A DNA stretch of 64,000 nucleotides from positions 320,001 to 384,000 of the forward strand of contig CAWJKZ010000024.1 in assembly GCA_963843575.1 (NCBI GenBank), read 5' to 3'. The DNA is from an uncultured Acidobacteriota bacterium (GTDB lineage Bacteria; Acidobacteriota; UBA6911). How positions within the stretch are numbered: position 1 is the stretch's first letter; every line of letters starts with the position of its first letter. The translations under genes and the position numbers were made by a program. Positions 21,463 to 41,110 of the stretch are shown one piece after another. Below the pieces are notes generated by a model. It did not search any database. It was not told the DNA's origin and was given only the letters and a program-made list of their open reading frames with translations.

Positions 21463-22506
21463 ATGGTGAACTCCGGGCGCAGCACGGGCGACCGCACCCT
21501 TCGCAGGGTGCTGTCGGACGCCGTGCGCGCCGCCCGGTCCCCCGCGCCACCTCCCGCCCGGTATTACGTCAAACTCGCCCGCACCGCGATGGCCTGTCAG
21601 TTCGAGGTCTTCCTCCGTCCCCAGGACCGCCGATTCGTCCCGGCCGTCGCGCAGTCGTTCGACGAGGTGGAAAGGCTCGAGCGGCAGATGAGCGTCTACC
21701 GCGAGGACAGCGAGGTGAGCCGGATTAACCGGACCGCGGCGTCCGCGCCGGTGGAGGTCGAAGCGCGGCTGTACGGGCTGCTGCGGCTGGCGCGCGAGAT
21801 CGGGGCGGAGACCGGCGGGGCCTTCGACATCACCGCCGGGGCGCTGATCCGGGCGTGGGGCTTCCTGCAGCGGCAGGGCTCCGTCCCGGATGCCGCCCGG
21901 CTTGCGGCCGCGCGCGCCTGCTCGGGCTGGGAACACCTGGCGCTGGCCGACGCGGCGCGCACGGTGACGTTTCGCCGCGCCGGCGTCGAGCTGAATTTCG
22001 GAGCCATTGGGAAGGGTTTCGCGCTGGACTGCCTCGCCACCCGGTTGCAGGCCGTCGGGCTGAGGAACTTCATGGCGCACGCGGGGCACAGCAGCATCGT
22101 CGCCCGCGGCGATTCCGCGGTCCCGCCGGGGTGGCAGGTCAGCATCCGGTCCCCGGGAGGCGCGGGCAGCGTCGGATCGCTCCGCCTCGTCGACCGGGCC
22201 CTTTCGACGTCTTCGGCAGGCACCCGGTATTTCGTGTCCGAGGGGCGGCGCTACGGCCACGTTCTGGATCCGCGGACCGGTCGCCCCGCGGAGCGCAACG
22301 CGCTCTGTTCGGTCGTGGCGGAGCGGGCTGCCGTGGCTGAGGCGTACTCGACGGCCTTCTTCGTGCTTGAGGAGGAGGAAGTCCGCAGTTATTACGAGGC
22401 CCGCCCGGAGCTTGGTATTATACTGATGACTCTTCAGAAGAACGGGAGTCCCGGTGCACCGGTCACGCTTGGCGTCGACCTGGCGTGCACGGAGGAGGCA
22501 CTGTGA
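21463..22506 (+). CDS. apbE: FAD:protein FMN transferase (ApbE family)
   Basis: AMAC.F, SEVSRIN, GAFDIT, NFGAIGKGFALD, GHVLDPRTG, AEAYSTA. Confidence 0.88.
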   Translation: MVNSGRSTGDRTLRRVLSDAVRAARSPAPPPARYYVKLARTAMACQFEVFLRPQDRRFVPAVAQSFDEVERLERQMSVYREDSEVSRINRTAASAPVEVEARLYGLLRLAREIGAETGGAFDITAGALIRAWGFLQRQGSVPDAARLAAARACSGWEHLALADAARTVTFRRAGVELNFGAIGKGFALDCLATRLQAVGLRNFMAHAGHSSIVARGDSAVPPGWQVSIRSPGGAGSVGSLRLVDRALSTSSAGTRYFVSEGRRYGHVLDPRTGRPAERNALCSVVAERAAVAEAYSTAFFVLEEEEVRSYYEARPELGIILMTLQKNGSPGAPVTLGVDLACTEEAL

Positions 22507-23027
22507 ATCGGCCCGACGCGCTCACCGCATGGCAGCAGTTTGTGCTTGTGCTCTTCCGCTTCAGCATAGGTTGGCACGTTTTCTACCAGGGCTTGGGCAA
22601 GCTCCAGGCTGCGCACTGGTCGTCCGAATCCTACCTGCGCACCGCGACCGGGCCTCTCGGCTGGGTTTTTCAGTGGATGGCGGGGCAGACGGCCTGGTTG
22701 AAGCTTGCCGACCAAGGGACCATGTGGGGGCTGCTCATCCTCGGCCTTCTCCTGATGATCGGTCTGTTCACGCGCACCGCCAGCCTTCTTGCCATGGGGC
22801 TGCTGCTGCTGTTTTACGTCGCGCAGCCGCCGCTCCCCTACCACGGGTTCGCCATGCGCACGCCGGACGGCACCGAACTGTACGTCAACAAGATACTGAT
22901 CGAGATCATGGCGCTGCTGGTCACGCTCGCGTTCGACACCGGGCTTATCTCGGGGCTGGACATGATCGTGGGCCCGTGGTGGAGGCGCGCGCGACGGCAA
23001 CCCGGGAGCACGACGGCGCAGGCCTGA
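22503..23027 (+). CDS. DoxX/DoxD-family membrane protein
   Basis: LFRFSIGWHVFYQGLGKL, GLLLMIGLFTRTA, YVNKILIE; four TMs. Confidence 0.8.
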   Translation: MNRPDALTAWQQFVLVLFRFSIGWHVFYQGLGKLQAAHWSSESYLRTATGPLGWVFQWMAGQTAWLKLADQGTMWGLLILGLLLMIGLFTRTASLLAMGLLLLFYVAQPPLPYHGFAMRTPDGTELYVNKILIEIMALLVTLAFDTGLISGLDMIVGPWWRRARRQPGSTTAQA

Positions 23028-23070
23028 TCCCGCGCGGGACGTCGCCGCGCAGCGAAGGAGAACATCGGAG

Positions 23071-24342
23071 ATGACCGAACAGGAACGACAGGTTGGTCGG
23101 AGGAACTTCATCAAGGCCGCGGCGACTCTCCCGGCGGCGGGCGCCCTGATCTGGAAGGCGGTGTCTCTGAACCCGATCCGCGCCGGCATCATCGGGCCCG
23201 GGGGGCAGGGGCGCGTCCTGATGGAAAACGCCAACCCGAACTTCATCAAGTTCTCGGGCGTGTGCGACATCTACCCCCCGAACCTGCAGAAGGGGCTCGA
23301 CATCGCGCACAAGCTCTTCGACCCGGACGCCCAGGGGTGCTCCGATTACCGTCGCCTGCTCGAACGCAAGGACATCGAGGCGGTCGTGATCGCGGTGCCG
23401 TTGTGGGCGCACGCGCAGGTGGTGCTCGACGCCCTGCAGGCCGGCAAGCACGTCTTTGTAGAGAAGACGATGGCCTTCACCGTGGACGACTGCAAGAAGA
23501 TGGTCCAGGCGGCGCGGTCGGCCCGCCGCAACCTCCAGGTGGGGCACCAGCGCGCCTACAGCCCGCTGTACCACGAGGCGTACGAGATGATCAGGACGGG
23601 TGTCATCGGCGACATTTTTCACGTGCGCGCCGTCTGGCACAGGAACGGTTCCTGGAAGAAGACGCTCCCGACCGACAACTTCGACCCGCGGCCGTGGGGC
23701 TACGCCGACATGGAGCAGCTCGTCAACTGGCGCGTGTATTCGAAGTACTCGCACGGCCTGATGTCGGAGCTGTGCAGCCACCAGATCCACGCGATCAACT
23801 GGTTCATGGGCCGCACCCCTCACAGCGTTGTGGCGACGGGGGGCATACAGCGCTACAAGGACGGCCGGGAGGTCAACGACCACATCTACGCGATTTTCGA
23901 GTACCCCAACGACCTGACCGTCACCTACTCTTCGATCCAGTCCAACGCCTTCGATCACTATTACGAGGAGTTCATGGGGACGAAGGGGACCGTCGTCCTG
24001 AGCGGCGAGACGGAGGCGATGCTCTTCCTGGAGGGGCAGAAGGGGAAGATGACGGAGATCACTACCAAGCCGGACGTGGGCGGGGCGGTGATGGAGGCTT
24101 CGGAGAGCCGGGCGCGGGACGCCTCAGGTTCCTCAGTGGCGGGCTCCTCGGCGAGCGGCGTGACCGTTTTTACCGCCTACAAGATGGAGCTCGAGGGCTT
24201 CTGCCGGACGATCCGCAACGGCGACGCGAACCTGTGCGACGGGTCCGTCGGGCTGCAGGCGGCGGCGGCGATCCTGAAGGCGGACGAGGCGGTGGCCTCT
24301 GGGACGAAACTCCCTCTGGGCAAGGAGTTGTACACGGTTTAG
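23071..24342 (+). CDS. Tat-exported Gfo/Idh/MocA oxidoreductase
   Basis: GRRNFIK twin-arginine signal, GIIGPGGQG, GKHVFVEK, NWR..YS.GLMSEL.SHQ. Confidence 0.88.
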   Translation: MTEQERQVGRRNFIKAAATLPAAGALIWKAVSLNPIRAGIIGPGGQGRVLMENANPNFIKFSGVCDIYPPNLQKGLDIAHKLFDPDAQGCSDYRRLLERKDIEAVVIAVPLWAHAQVVLDALQAGKHVFVEKTMAFTVDDCKKMVQAARSARRNLQVGHQRAYSPLYHEAYEMIRTGVIGDIFHVRAVWHRNGSWKKTLPTDNFDPRPWGYADMEQLVNWRVYSKYSHGLMSELCSHQIHAINWFMGRTPHSVVATGGIQRYKDGREVNDHIYAIFEYPNDLTVTYSSIQSNAFDHYYEEFMGTKGTVVLSGETEAMLFLEGQKGKMTEITTKPDVGGAVMEASESRARDASGSSVAGSSASGVTVFTAYKMELEGFCRTIRNGDANLCDGSVGLQAAAAILKADEAVASGTKLPLGKELYTV

Positions 24343-24499
24343 GCGGGCGCAGCCCGCGGTCCGCAGGCTGCGTCCGGGGTGCCTGGACGCGGGGTTTGGT
24401 GGAATTTCGGTTTTCGGGTGTTTTTTCTCTTCCCATCCCGGATATCCCGGGGTATTATGTGCCCCCTTCGATGAGATGAGGCTGGTGTTTAAAAGCCGC

Positions 24500-24556
24500 T
24501 TGACATGAGGGCTTTTGGTCTCTATTATTAAAGGATTGCCTAGATCTTTGAAAACT
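24500..24556 (+). promoter_or_regulatory. rRNA operon promoter and boxA
   Basis: TTGACA(24500)-N17-TATTAT(24523), and boxA-like GATCTTTGAAAAC at 24543. Confidence 0.8.
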
Positions 24557-24649
24557 AGATAGTGCGTGTCCAAAGCCAAGCACTTTGAGAAAGAATCAGG
24601 GAAAAGAGTCTGGCGTTTAGAGATAGGCGTCAGGCGCTCTTCGAGTTAA

Positions 24650-26183
<1,534 letters not shown>

Positions 26184-26350
26184 AGGGAAGGGCGACCGGA
26201 GCCCGAGAGGGCACGGGAGCTCCAGGTGCCTTGAACACGCCTATCTAGTTTCCAGAGATTTAGGTCCGCAGGCCGGGATGGCTGGCCCGCAAGTGTGAAA
26301 ACAGATCTTTACACGCGATGGTGATGTGCGGGTTCGGCTGGGGGGAATGA

Positions 26351-26427
26351 GGGCCTATAGCTCAGTTGGCTAGAGCGCACCCCTGATAAGGGTGAGGTCG
26401 GTAGTTCGACTCTACCTAGGCCCACCA
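26351..26427 (+). tRNA. tRNA-Ile(GAT)
   Basis: Cloverleaf GGGCCTA...TAGGCCC-ACCA with anticodon loop CTGATAA. Confidence 0.96.
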
Positions 26428-26487
26428 CGGCGTCTTGGGTTGAAATCTTGGGCTGAACCGCCCATCATGGAGTGGATCCGGATCGTC

Positions 26488-26563
26488 GGGGGTATAGCTC
26501 AGCTGGAAGAGCACCTGCTTTGCAAGCAGGGGGTCAGCGGTTCGAACCCGCTTACCTCCACCA
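26488..26563 (+). tRNA. tRNA-Ala(TGC)
   Basis: GGGGGTA...TACCTCC-ACCA with G3:U70 and anticodon loop TTTGCAA. Confidence 0.96.
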
Positions 26564-26773
26564 AGGTTGTGCCCATAATCAAGGGTTCGTGAGGCGAGTC
26601 CTTGATTACCGGTATAACCGGGAAACGGTTTGTTGTCGGCGCGGCGGCCTCTGGCCCCGGGTCGGCGCGGCCGCGGCTGGTCTTTGACAATCAGGCAAAG
26701 AAGACGACGGGTAAAGAGAGAAGTGGACTATGGGATTTACCTGCCTGGAGGTTTCGGGCGGAGTAAATTTTAT

Positions 26774-29797
<3,024 letters not shown>

Positions 29798-29884
29798 TAA
29801 AATTTACCCTGCTTGAAACCCCTGGGGGCGCGCGTTGCCCCGCAGGACTTCTTGCCTGATTGAGATTGAGCGGTATATCGGGTT

Positions 29885-30000
<116 letters not shown>

Positions 30001-30187
30001 TTTAAACATCGACGCCCCCGGGCACGCGCCCGGGGGCGCTCCTCAATCCCGCGCAACGTTCTTTTTCAAGAAGTACCGCGACGGCGGTCTTCGTCAAACG
30101 GAGTTGCCTCTTCCAGGGGCGATCTCAGAAGGACGGAAAGCGCCTTGCGTGCGTCTCAAACAAGGGATCTTTCGACAAGATCCGCCT

Positions 30188-30221
30188 GATCTTTGAAAAC
30201 TAGATAGTGCGTGTCCAAAGC
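30188..30221 (+). promoter_or_regulatory. boxA and 16S processing-stem arm of the second rRNA operon
   Basis: GATCTTTGAAAACTAGATAGTGCGTGTCC is identical to the operon 1 leader and complementary to ITS AACACGCCTATCTAGTTTCC. Confidence 0.75.
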
Positions 30222-30303
30222 CAAGCACTTTGAGAACAGAATCAGGGAATCAAGAGCCAGTAGAATCTTAGAGACCAACGTTCAGGCGCTCTTCACGAGT
30301 TAA

Positions 30304-31837
<1,534 letters not shown>

Positions 31838-32094
31838 AGGGAAGGGCGACCGGAGCCCGAGAGGGCACGGGAGCTCCAGGTGCCTTGAACACGCCTATCT
31901 AGTTTCCAGAGATTCCAGACGGATCTCTGATTTGTAAAATTGAGGTCTACGGCCTCGTCACGGCGAGACCGGCCCGCAGCACGGGCCGCCGCCGGGACCG
32001 ATCTTTGACAATCAGGCAAAGAAGACGACGGGTAAAGAGAGAAGTGGACTATGGGATTTACCCGCCTGGAGGTTTCGGGCGGAGTAAATTTTAT

Positions 32095-35118
<3,024 letters not shown>

Positions 35119-35204
35119 TAAAATTTACCCTGCTTGAAACCCCTGGGGGCGCGCGTTGCCCCGCAGGACTTCTTGCCTGATTGAGATTGGCGGTATATCG
35201 GGTT

Positions 35205-35320
<116 letters not shown>

Positions 35321-35332
35321 TTAAATACCAAT

Positions 35333-35365
35333 GGCCCCGGACTCACCTCCGGGGCCTTTTTCTTT
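35333..35365 (+). terminator. Rho-independent terminator of the rRNA region
   Basis: GGCCCCGGA-CTCACC-TCCGGGGCC followed by TTTTTCTTT. Confidence 0.85.
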
Positions 35366-35412
35366 CGCCCCAAAGACAGCGACAGCAAACGGCTTCCGCG
35401 CTCCAAACACAA

Positions 35413-35530
35413 CGACGGTTGATTCTGGAGTGCGGCGGCTCGACTGGCTCGACGCCGCTTTGATGGCGGCGCCGAGGCGCCGCACTTCCACAATCAACCG
35501 TTGGACAGCCTCTGAAGCCCGGACCCACTT
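35413..35530. repeat. Composite repeat: GGAGTGCGGC pair + GGACAGCCTC MITE end + half GTGG-REP
   Basis: Units at 35426-35461 and 35466-35490. CAACCGTTGGACAGCCTC ends at 35512, followed by TGAA-GCCCGGACCCAC. Confidence 0.75.
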
Positions 35531-35585
35531 GTTTTGTACTTCTTTTGTGGCATGCTTGGCCTTCCACCTCTCTCCAGGAGGCCCC

Positions 35586-37610
35586 ATGCCAGCATCCCTC
35601 AACCGCCGCCAGTTCCTGGCCGGCAGCGCCGCCGCTCTTCTCGTCCTGCGCGACCTGAAACCCGCAGCCCGCGAGACCCCGGGTCGGCTTGCCCGTAAAG
35701 ACAGCTTTTTCGGCGTCCACTTCGACCTTCACCCCGCAAAGGAGGACACCGCCCTCGGGCGCGACATCACCGACCCGATGATCGAGCGCTTCCTGCAACG
35801 GGTAAAACCCGACTACGTCCAGTACGACTGCAAGGGACACCCGGGCTACGCCGGATACCCGACCAAGGTGGGGATCCCCTCCCCGGGAATCGTCAAAGAC
35901 TCGCTCGAGATCTGGCGCAACGTCACAGCCCGGCACGGCGTCGCCCTCTACATCCACTACTCCGGCATCTGGGACGGGGTTGCCTGCGAACAGCACCCGG
36001 AGTGGGCCGCCGTGCACGCCGACGGTTCGCGCGACACCCAGAAGACCAGCACGTTTGGTCCCTACGTCGACGAACTGCTCATCCCGCAGCTCCTTGAGGC
36101 GGCCGCGAAATACGACCTCGACGGCGCGTGGGTCGACGGCGAGTGCTGGGCGGTGATCCCCGATTATTGTCCAGCCGCGCGCGCCGCGTTCACCAGCGCC
36201 ACTGGCCTCGCCGACCCGCCGAAGGGCCCCAAGGACCCGGGCTGGAGGCAGTTCCTGGATATCAATCGGAGCCAGTTCCGCAACTACGTCCGGCATTACG
36301 TCGAAGCGATCCACGCACGGCGCCCAGGCTTCCAGATCGCCAGCAACTGGCTCTATTCGACCTTCGTGCCGGAGCGCCCCGACCTCCCCGTCGACTTTCT
36401 CTCGGGAGACTACCTCGGCAACGCCAGCATCTCGACGGCGCGGCTCGAGGCCCGCTATCTCGCCGCAACCGGCAAGCCCTGGGACCTGATGGCTTGGGGA
36501 TTTCAGAATGCCGGCCGCGAGTTCACCCACAAACCGGCCGTGCAGCTCATGCAGGAGGCTTCCGTCGTGCTGGCGCAGGGCGGCGGTTTCCAGGTCTACT
36601 ACCAGCCTTCGCGGGGCGGCCACCTCGAGGAACCGTTGATCGAAGTCATGGGACGGCTGGCCGACTTCTGCCGCGAGCGAAAGCCATTCTGCCACGGGAC
36701 GGAGCCGCTGCCCGGCATCGCCGTCCTCTTCTCCGGCCACAGCCTGTATGCGGGCGATTCCCGCCTGTTCGGCAGCTGGCGCGGCGCCGCGAACCCGGCG
36801 CGGGGCATCGTCGACGCGCTGATCGAGTGCCACCACTCCGTCGACGTCGTCCCCGATTGGCGTGTCGACGCGGACCTGGGCAAGTACCGGCTGCTCGTCG
36901 TCCCCGACTGGCCCGATACCGGCACACGCGCCCGGGATTCCATCGTGGAATACGTGCGCGCCGGCGGGAGCGCCCTGATCGTCGGCGCCGAAAACGCCAG
37001 GCTCTTTGCCGCCGTCCTCGGGGTAGAACTGACGGGGGAGGCGTCGGAGCAGCGCGCCTTCATAAAGGGGAGCGAGGTGCCCGGAAACATGGGCGGCCTG
37101 TGGCAGAGCGTCCTGCCCGGGAACGGGCGATCGGTGGAGCTGCGCTATCCCGAACTGGACTTCACCCGCGCCGGCGCCTGCGCGGCGACCGTCGCCGACT
37201 GCGGGAAGGGCCGCGTTGCCGCTGTCTATGGGCCGGTGGGTGCCCTGTCGGCCACGTACCATTCCGCGGCGAACCGGGAATTCCTCGATCGGGTGCTGCG
37301 GCAGATCTACAAGCCTCAGGTCGAAATACAGGGCCCCCCGACCGTGGAAGTCGCGCTGCGGAAGAAGGACGGCCGGATCCTGCTCCAGCTTTCGAACGCC
37401 ACCGCGATGCAGGTCGCCCAGGAATACGCGGTCAACGATTTTGTGCCGCGCCTCGGGCCCCTGCCGGTCAGCGTCGAGCTGCCTCAACGTCCCGCCGCCG
37501 CGACGCTGCAACCCGGAGGCACCGTCCTGGACGGCCGGTGGTCGGAAAACCGCTGGACCGGCACCGTGCCGGAGCTCCACATTCACTCGACCTTGTGCTT
37601 TTCATTCTGA
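35586..37610 (+). CDS. Tat-exported putative glycoside hydrolase (GHL6/alpha-L-fucosidase-like TIM barrel + GATase-like trimerisation domain)
   Basis: NRRQFLAG Tat signal, FGVHFDLH, YDCKGHPGYAGYPT, YDLDGAWVDGE. RBS AGGAG upstream. Confidence 0.7.
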   Translation: MPASLNRRQFLAGSAAALLVLRDLKPAARETPGRLARKDSFFGVHFDLHPAKEDTALGRDITDPMIERFLQRVKPDYVQYDCKGHPGYAGYPTKVGIPSPGIVKDSLEIWRNVTARHGVALYIHYSGIWDGVACEQHPEWAAVHADGSRDTQKTSTFGPYVDELLIPQLLEAAAKYDLDGAWVDGECWAVIPDYCPAARAAFTSATGLADPPKGPKDPGWRQFLDINRSQFRNYVRHYVEAIHARRPGFQIASNWLYSTFVPERPDLPVDFLSGDYLGNASISTARLEARYLAATGKPWDLMAWGFQNAGREFTHKPAVQLMQEASVVLAQGGGFQVYYQPSRGGHLEEPLIEVMGRLADFCRERKPFCHGTEPLPGIAVLFSGHSLYAGDSRLFGSWRGAANPARGIVDALIECHHSVDVVPDWRVDADLGKYRLLVVPDWPDTGTRARDSIVEYVRAGGSALIVGAENARLFAAVLGVELTGEASEQRAFIKGSEVPGNMGGLWQSVLPGNGRSVELRYPELDFTRAGACAATVADCGKGRVAAVYGPVGALSATYHSAANREFLDRVLRQIYKPQVEIQGPPTVEVALRKKDGRILLQLSNATAMQVAQEYAVNDFVPRLGPLPVSVELPQRPAAATLQPGGTVLDGRWSENRWTGTVPELHIHSTLCFSF

Positions 37611-37628
37611 ATCCATGGAAAAAGCGCA

Positions 37629-37726
37629 CCTCGAAGCCTCGAAGAGCTCGAAGAATCTCAAACAAACCGCCGATGGTGGCGTTCGGTATTTTTCCGTGTC
37701 CTCCGTCTTTTTCAGTGTCTTCCGTG
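37629..37726. repeat. Short-period (8-9 bp) intergenic repeats: CTCGAAG run and TCCGTG run
   Basis: CCTCGAAG CCTCGAAG AGCTCGAAG AATCTC, with a reverse-complement copy at 51411-51438. TTTCCGTGTCCTCCGTC...TTCCGTG at 37691-37726. Confidence 0.6.
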
Positions 37727-37763
37727 ACCGGTTGTTTTGGCTGTCCGTGTCCGATTGCCCGCC

Positions 37764-38546
37764 TCATTTCGGCGTGCGGCTGCGGGTACCGTAGCGCAAC
37801 GCGATGGCGTGCCGGGCGGCCTGCGGCAACCAGTGCTGCGCGCGCACGGCAAGCCTGTAAGGCCAGCCCGGGATGACGAACAGCCTGTTGCGCTCGAGCG
37901 CGCGCAACGACGCCTCGACCACCTTGCCGGCCGGCATCCACAGCGGCCTCGGGATGGCCCGGCGGTCGATGTTGAGCACGTCGTGGAACTCCGTGTAGGT
38001 AAACCCCGGGCAGAGGCACTGCGCGCGCACGGGCGAGCCGATCGCCTTCAGCTCGATGTACACTCCTTCCGTGAAAGTGTTTACCCAGGCCTTGGTCGCG
38101 CAGTAGCTCACGTTGAGCGGATTGTGAAAAAAGGCCGCGACCGACGACACGTTTACGACTGCGCCCAGGCCGCGGCTCACCATCCCGGGAAGCGCCGCGC
38201 GCGTGAGCCGCATCGTCGCCAGCACGTGCACGCGGTGCATCGCCAGCTGCCCTTCAGGGTCCGCCTCGAAAAACATCCCCATCGTGCCGAAACCGGCGTT
38301 GTTGACCAGGAACTCCAACCGCGGCTCGTCGGCGAGCCGCCTCTCGAGACGCTCCACGTCGGCGTCCGCTGCGAGATCCGCCGGCAGCGCCTCGGCTGTG
38401 CCTAGTTCCGAAGCCAGCCGCTGGAGGCGCTCCGCGCGCCGCGCCACGAGGAGCAGCCGATAGCCGCGCGCGGCCAGCCTCCTCGCGTACACCTCCCCGA
38501 TCCCGCTCGATGCTCCCGTCACCATCGCCAAAGGCCGGTCTTCCAT
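37764..38546 (-). CDS. Short-chain dehydrogenase/reductase
   Basis: TGASSGIG, NNAGFG, YCATK. Confidence 0.9.
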   Translation of the reverse strand: MEDRPLAMVTGASSGIGEVYARRLAARGYRLLLVARRAERLQRLASELGTAEALPADLAADADVERLERRLADEPRLEFLVNNAGFGTMGMFFEADPEGQLAMHRVHVLATMRLTRAALPGMVSRGLGAVVNVSSVAAFFHNPLNVSYCATKAWVNTFTEGVYIELKAIGSPVRAQCLCPGFTYTEFHDVLNIDRRAIPRPLWMPAGKVVEASLRALERNRLFVIPGWPYRLAVRAQHWLPQAARHAIALRYGTRSRTPK

Positions 38547-38597
38547 CGTCTCCTCCCCTGGAGGTCGAAAATCCCGGAGCCCGTCGAATCCCGCAGT

Positions 38598-41043
38598 TTA
38601 TTCGCACCGGAGGGCTTCGGCCGGGTCGGCCGAGGCGGCCCGGCGTGCAGGGACGGCGCAGGCGAGCAGGGCCGTCGCCAGCAGGGCCGCGGGGGCTGCG
38701 CCAAAGGCGACCGCATCCAGCGGAGACACGCCGAAGAGCAGCGCCTTCATCAGCCTCGTCAGGGCCGCGGCTCCCGCGACTCCCAGCGCCAGTCCGGCCA
38801 GCACAGAGGTGATTCCCTCGCGCACCACCATGCCGACCAGATCGCCCCTCGACGCACCCAGGGCTGCCCGGATCCCCAGTTCCCGGCGGCGCTGCGCCAC
38901 GCCGTACGAGAGGACGCCGTACAGCCCCACCGCCGCCAGCGCCAGGGCCAGCGCCGCGAACGCCGTCATCACCGCGGCCGCGAAACGCGGCTCGCTGACC
39001 GACGCGGAGACGCGCTGCGCCAGTGTGGCCACCTCGTCCACCGCGGCATTCCGATCCGTTTCGAGCACGACGGCGCGCAGGAGGGGCGCCATGGCGGCGG
39101 CGTTCCCGTGCGTCCGCACCACGACACTGAAACTGTTCCCGAGCGGCCGTTCGCCACGGCGCAGCAGGTATATCTCCGGCTGCGGCCGGCCGTCGAGGCC
39201 GTCCTTGAGGACGTCACCGACCACCCCGACGATCTCGGTGGTCTGGTCCGGGCGCGACATGAGCCCGCGATATCTGCGGCCGGCCACCGGACCGGGCGGC
39301 ACGTACTGCCTCGCGAACTCCTGGTTGACTACGATGGGTTGGATCCCGCTCGATTCGTCGGCCTCGGTGAACGACCGCCCCTCGCGCACGCGCAGCGACA
39401 GGGCCTCGGCATAGCCGGGGGTCACGAGATAGCTCAGCGCCTTCGCCGTTCGCGCCGGGCCGTTCCCTCCCTCGGGCAGGGAAAACCCGGAGATGGCCGT
39501 CACGCCCGCAAGCGGCGCCATGTTCGACACGCCCGCGGCGGCGACCCCGGCCATCCCCCGCAAGCGCCCGAGCAGGGCGTCGGCGAACCGGCTGCTCTGT
39601 TCCGGAGAGGTCCCGGGCGGGAGGTAGACGCGCGCCGTGACGACGTTGGACGGATCGTAGCCGGCGTCGACGGCGACCAGGCGCCCGAAGCTGCGGATGA
39701 GCAGCCCGGCGCCCACGAGCAGCATCGTCGCAACCGCAGCCTCGGCCACCAGCAGCAGGCCTCGGAGCCGCGGGGTCCAAGCTCCCCGAAAACCCCCTTC
39801 GGTCGAGCGCGAGGCGGTGCGCAGGGATCCCCACGATCCCTGGCCGCCGCGCAGCACGGGGGCGATCCCAGACAGCACGCCCGCAGCCATCGAGATCAGG
39901 GCGGCGAAAGTCAGCAGGCCCGCGTCGATCCTCACGTCGCTCAGTCTGGGGAAGTTTTCCGGCGCGATCGACGGCAGGAAACGCACCAGCGCCAGCGCGA
40001 GGCCGAGCCCGAGCGCCCCGCCGGCGAGGGACAGGACGAGGCTTTCGGTGACCAGCTGGCGGGCGAGGCGCGCCCACCCTGCGCCCAGCGCCACCCGCAC
40101 CGCCATTTCGCGCTGCCGCGCCAGCCCGCGCGACAGGAAGAGGTGCGCGACGTTCGCGCACGCGATCAGCAGCACCAGGATGACGGCGAAGGCGAGCACC
40201 AGCAGGGCCGGCCGGATCGATGCGGCCGTCTCGTCCGCCAGGGTGCGGACACGGACTTCCACCGGACCCCCGGTGCCGAACAGCATGTCCGCCGCCATGG
40301 GCCTCGTGGCCCGCCCCCCGTGCGGCGGCGGTTCCCTCGGCCGCCGCCTGCGCCGCGCTGGCTCCCGGACGAAGCCGCGCCAGGGCGGGGAAGACCGAGA
40401 CCGTCGTCCCCCCGGGCGTTTCGGGCCTCTGCACCGTGTTCGGCAGCCAGAAGCGCGTCTCGTGGTCGGGGAAGTAGAAGCCGGGCGGGGTGACCCCTAC
40501 GATCGTGTACGCGCGCCCCTCGAGTGTCAGGCTGCGCCCGACCGCCGCAGGGTCGGCCCCGAAGTGCTGCCGCCAGAATTCGTGGCCGAGGACGATCACG
40601 GGGGCGTTGTCGGTCGCTTCCCGTTCCGAGAAGAACCGGCCGGCCGCGGGCTTCTGCCGCAAGAGCCGGAACAGGACGGGGGAGACCGCGCTCCCCTTCA
40701 CGCGCATCGGCTCGTCCAGGCCAGTCACGGTGTAGCGGTCCGCTTCGTACACCGCGATCCCTTCGACAGTCCGCGGCGACCCGCCCCAGGCGTAATACGT
40801 CAGGTTGCTCAGCAGCGAAGCGCGCAGCGGGGAAGAGGCCCCGGCGTGCCCCTCGGACAACCGCACCAGCCCGTCGGGCTCGGGATACGGGAGCGGCCGC
40901 AAAAGCACCCCGTACACGAGCGAGGCCACGGCCGTGCTGGCCCCGATGCCGAGTGCCAGGGTCAGCAGGGCGGCGCAGGAGAACCCCTTGTTGCGCAACA
41001 TCGTCCGACACGCGTATCGGACGTCCTGCAGAAGCTTGTCCAC
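38598..41043 (-). CDS. ADOP/MacB-FtsX duplicated ABC permease, one frameshift near 40315
   Basis: QDVRYACRTM..TLALGIGA N-terminus, LLIACANVA, RQREMAVRVALGA, RRRELGIRAALGA, PARRAASADP. Halves lie in different frames, joined near a C6 run. Confidence 0.85.
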
Positions 41044-41110
41044 GCTTCCTCCGAACCCTTTACCGTAACAATACGAGAAATGCCGGGGCGAGTTGATCTT
41101 TTTCGCCCAG

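Noticed and set aside
30013-30038. Hairpin after the first 5S as an intrinsic terminator
   Set aside because: It is a strong stem but is followed by CTCCTCAA rather than a U-tract, so it was not called as a terminator.
35343-37586. Long antisense or alternate-frame ORFs (also 12426-14885, 17081-19534, 5272-7470)
   Set aside because: They have no recognisable motifs and overlap well-supported genes, as expected in high-GC DNA.
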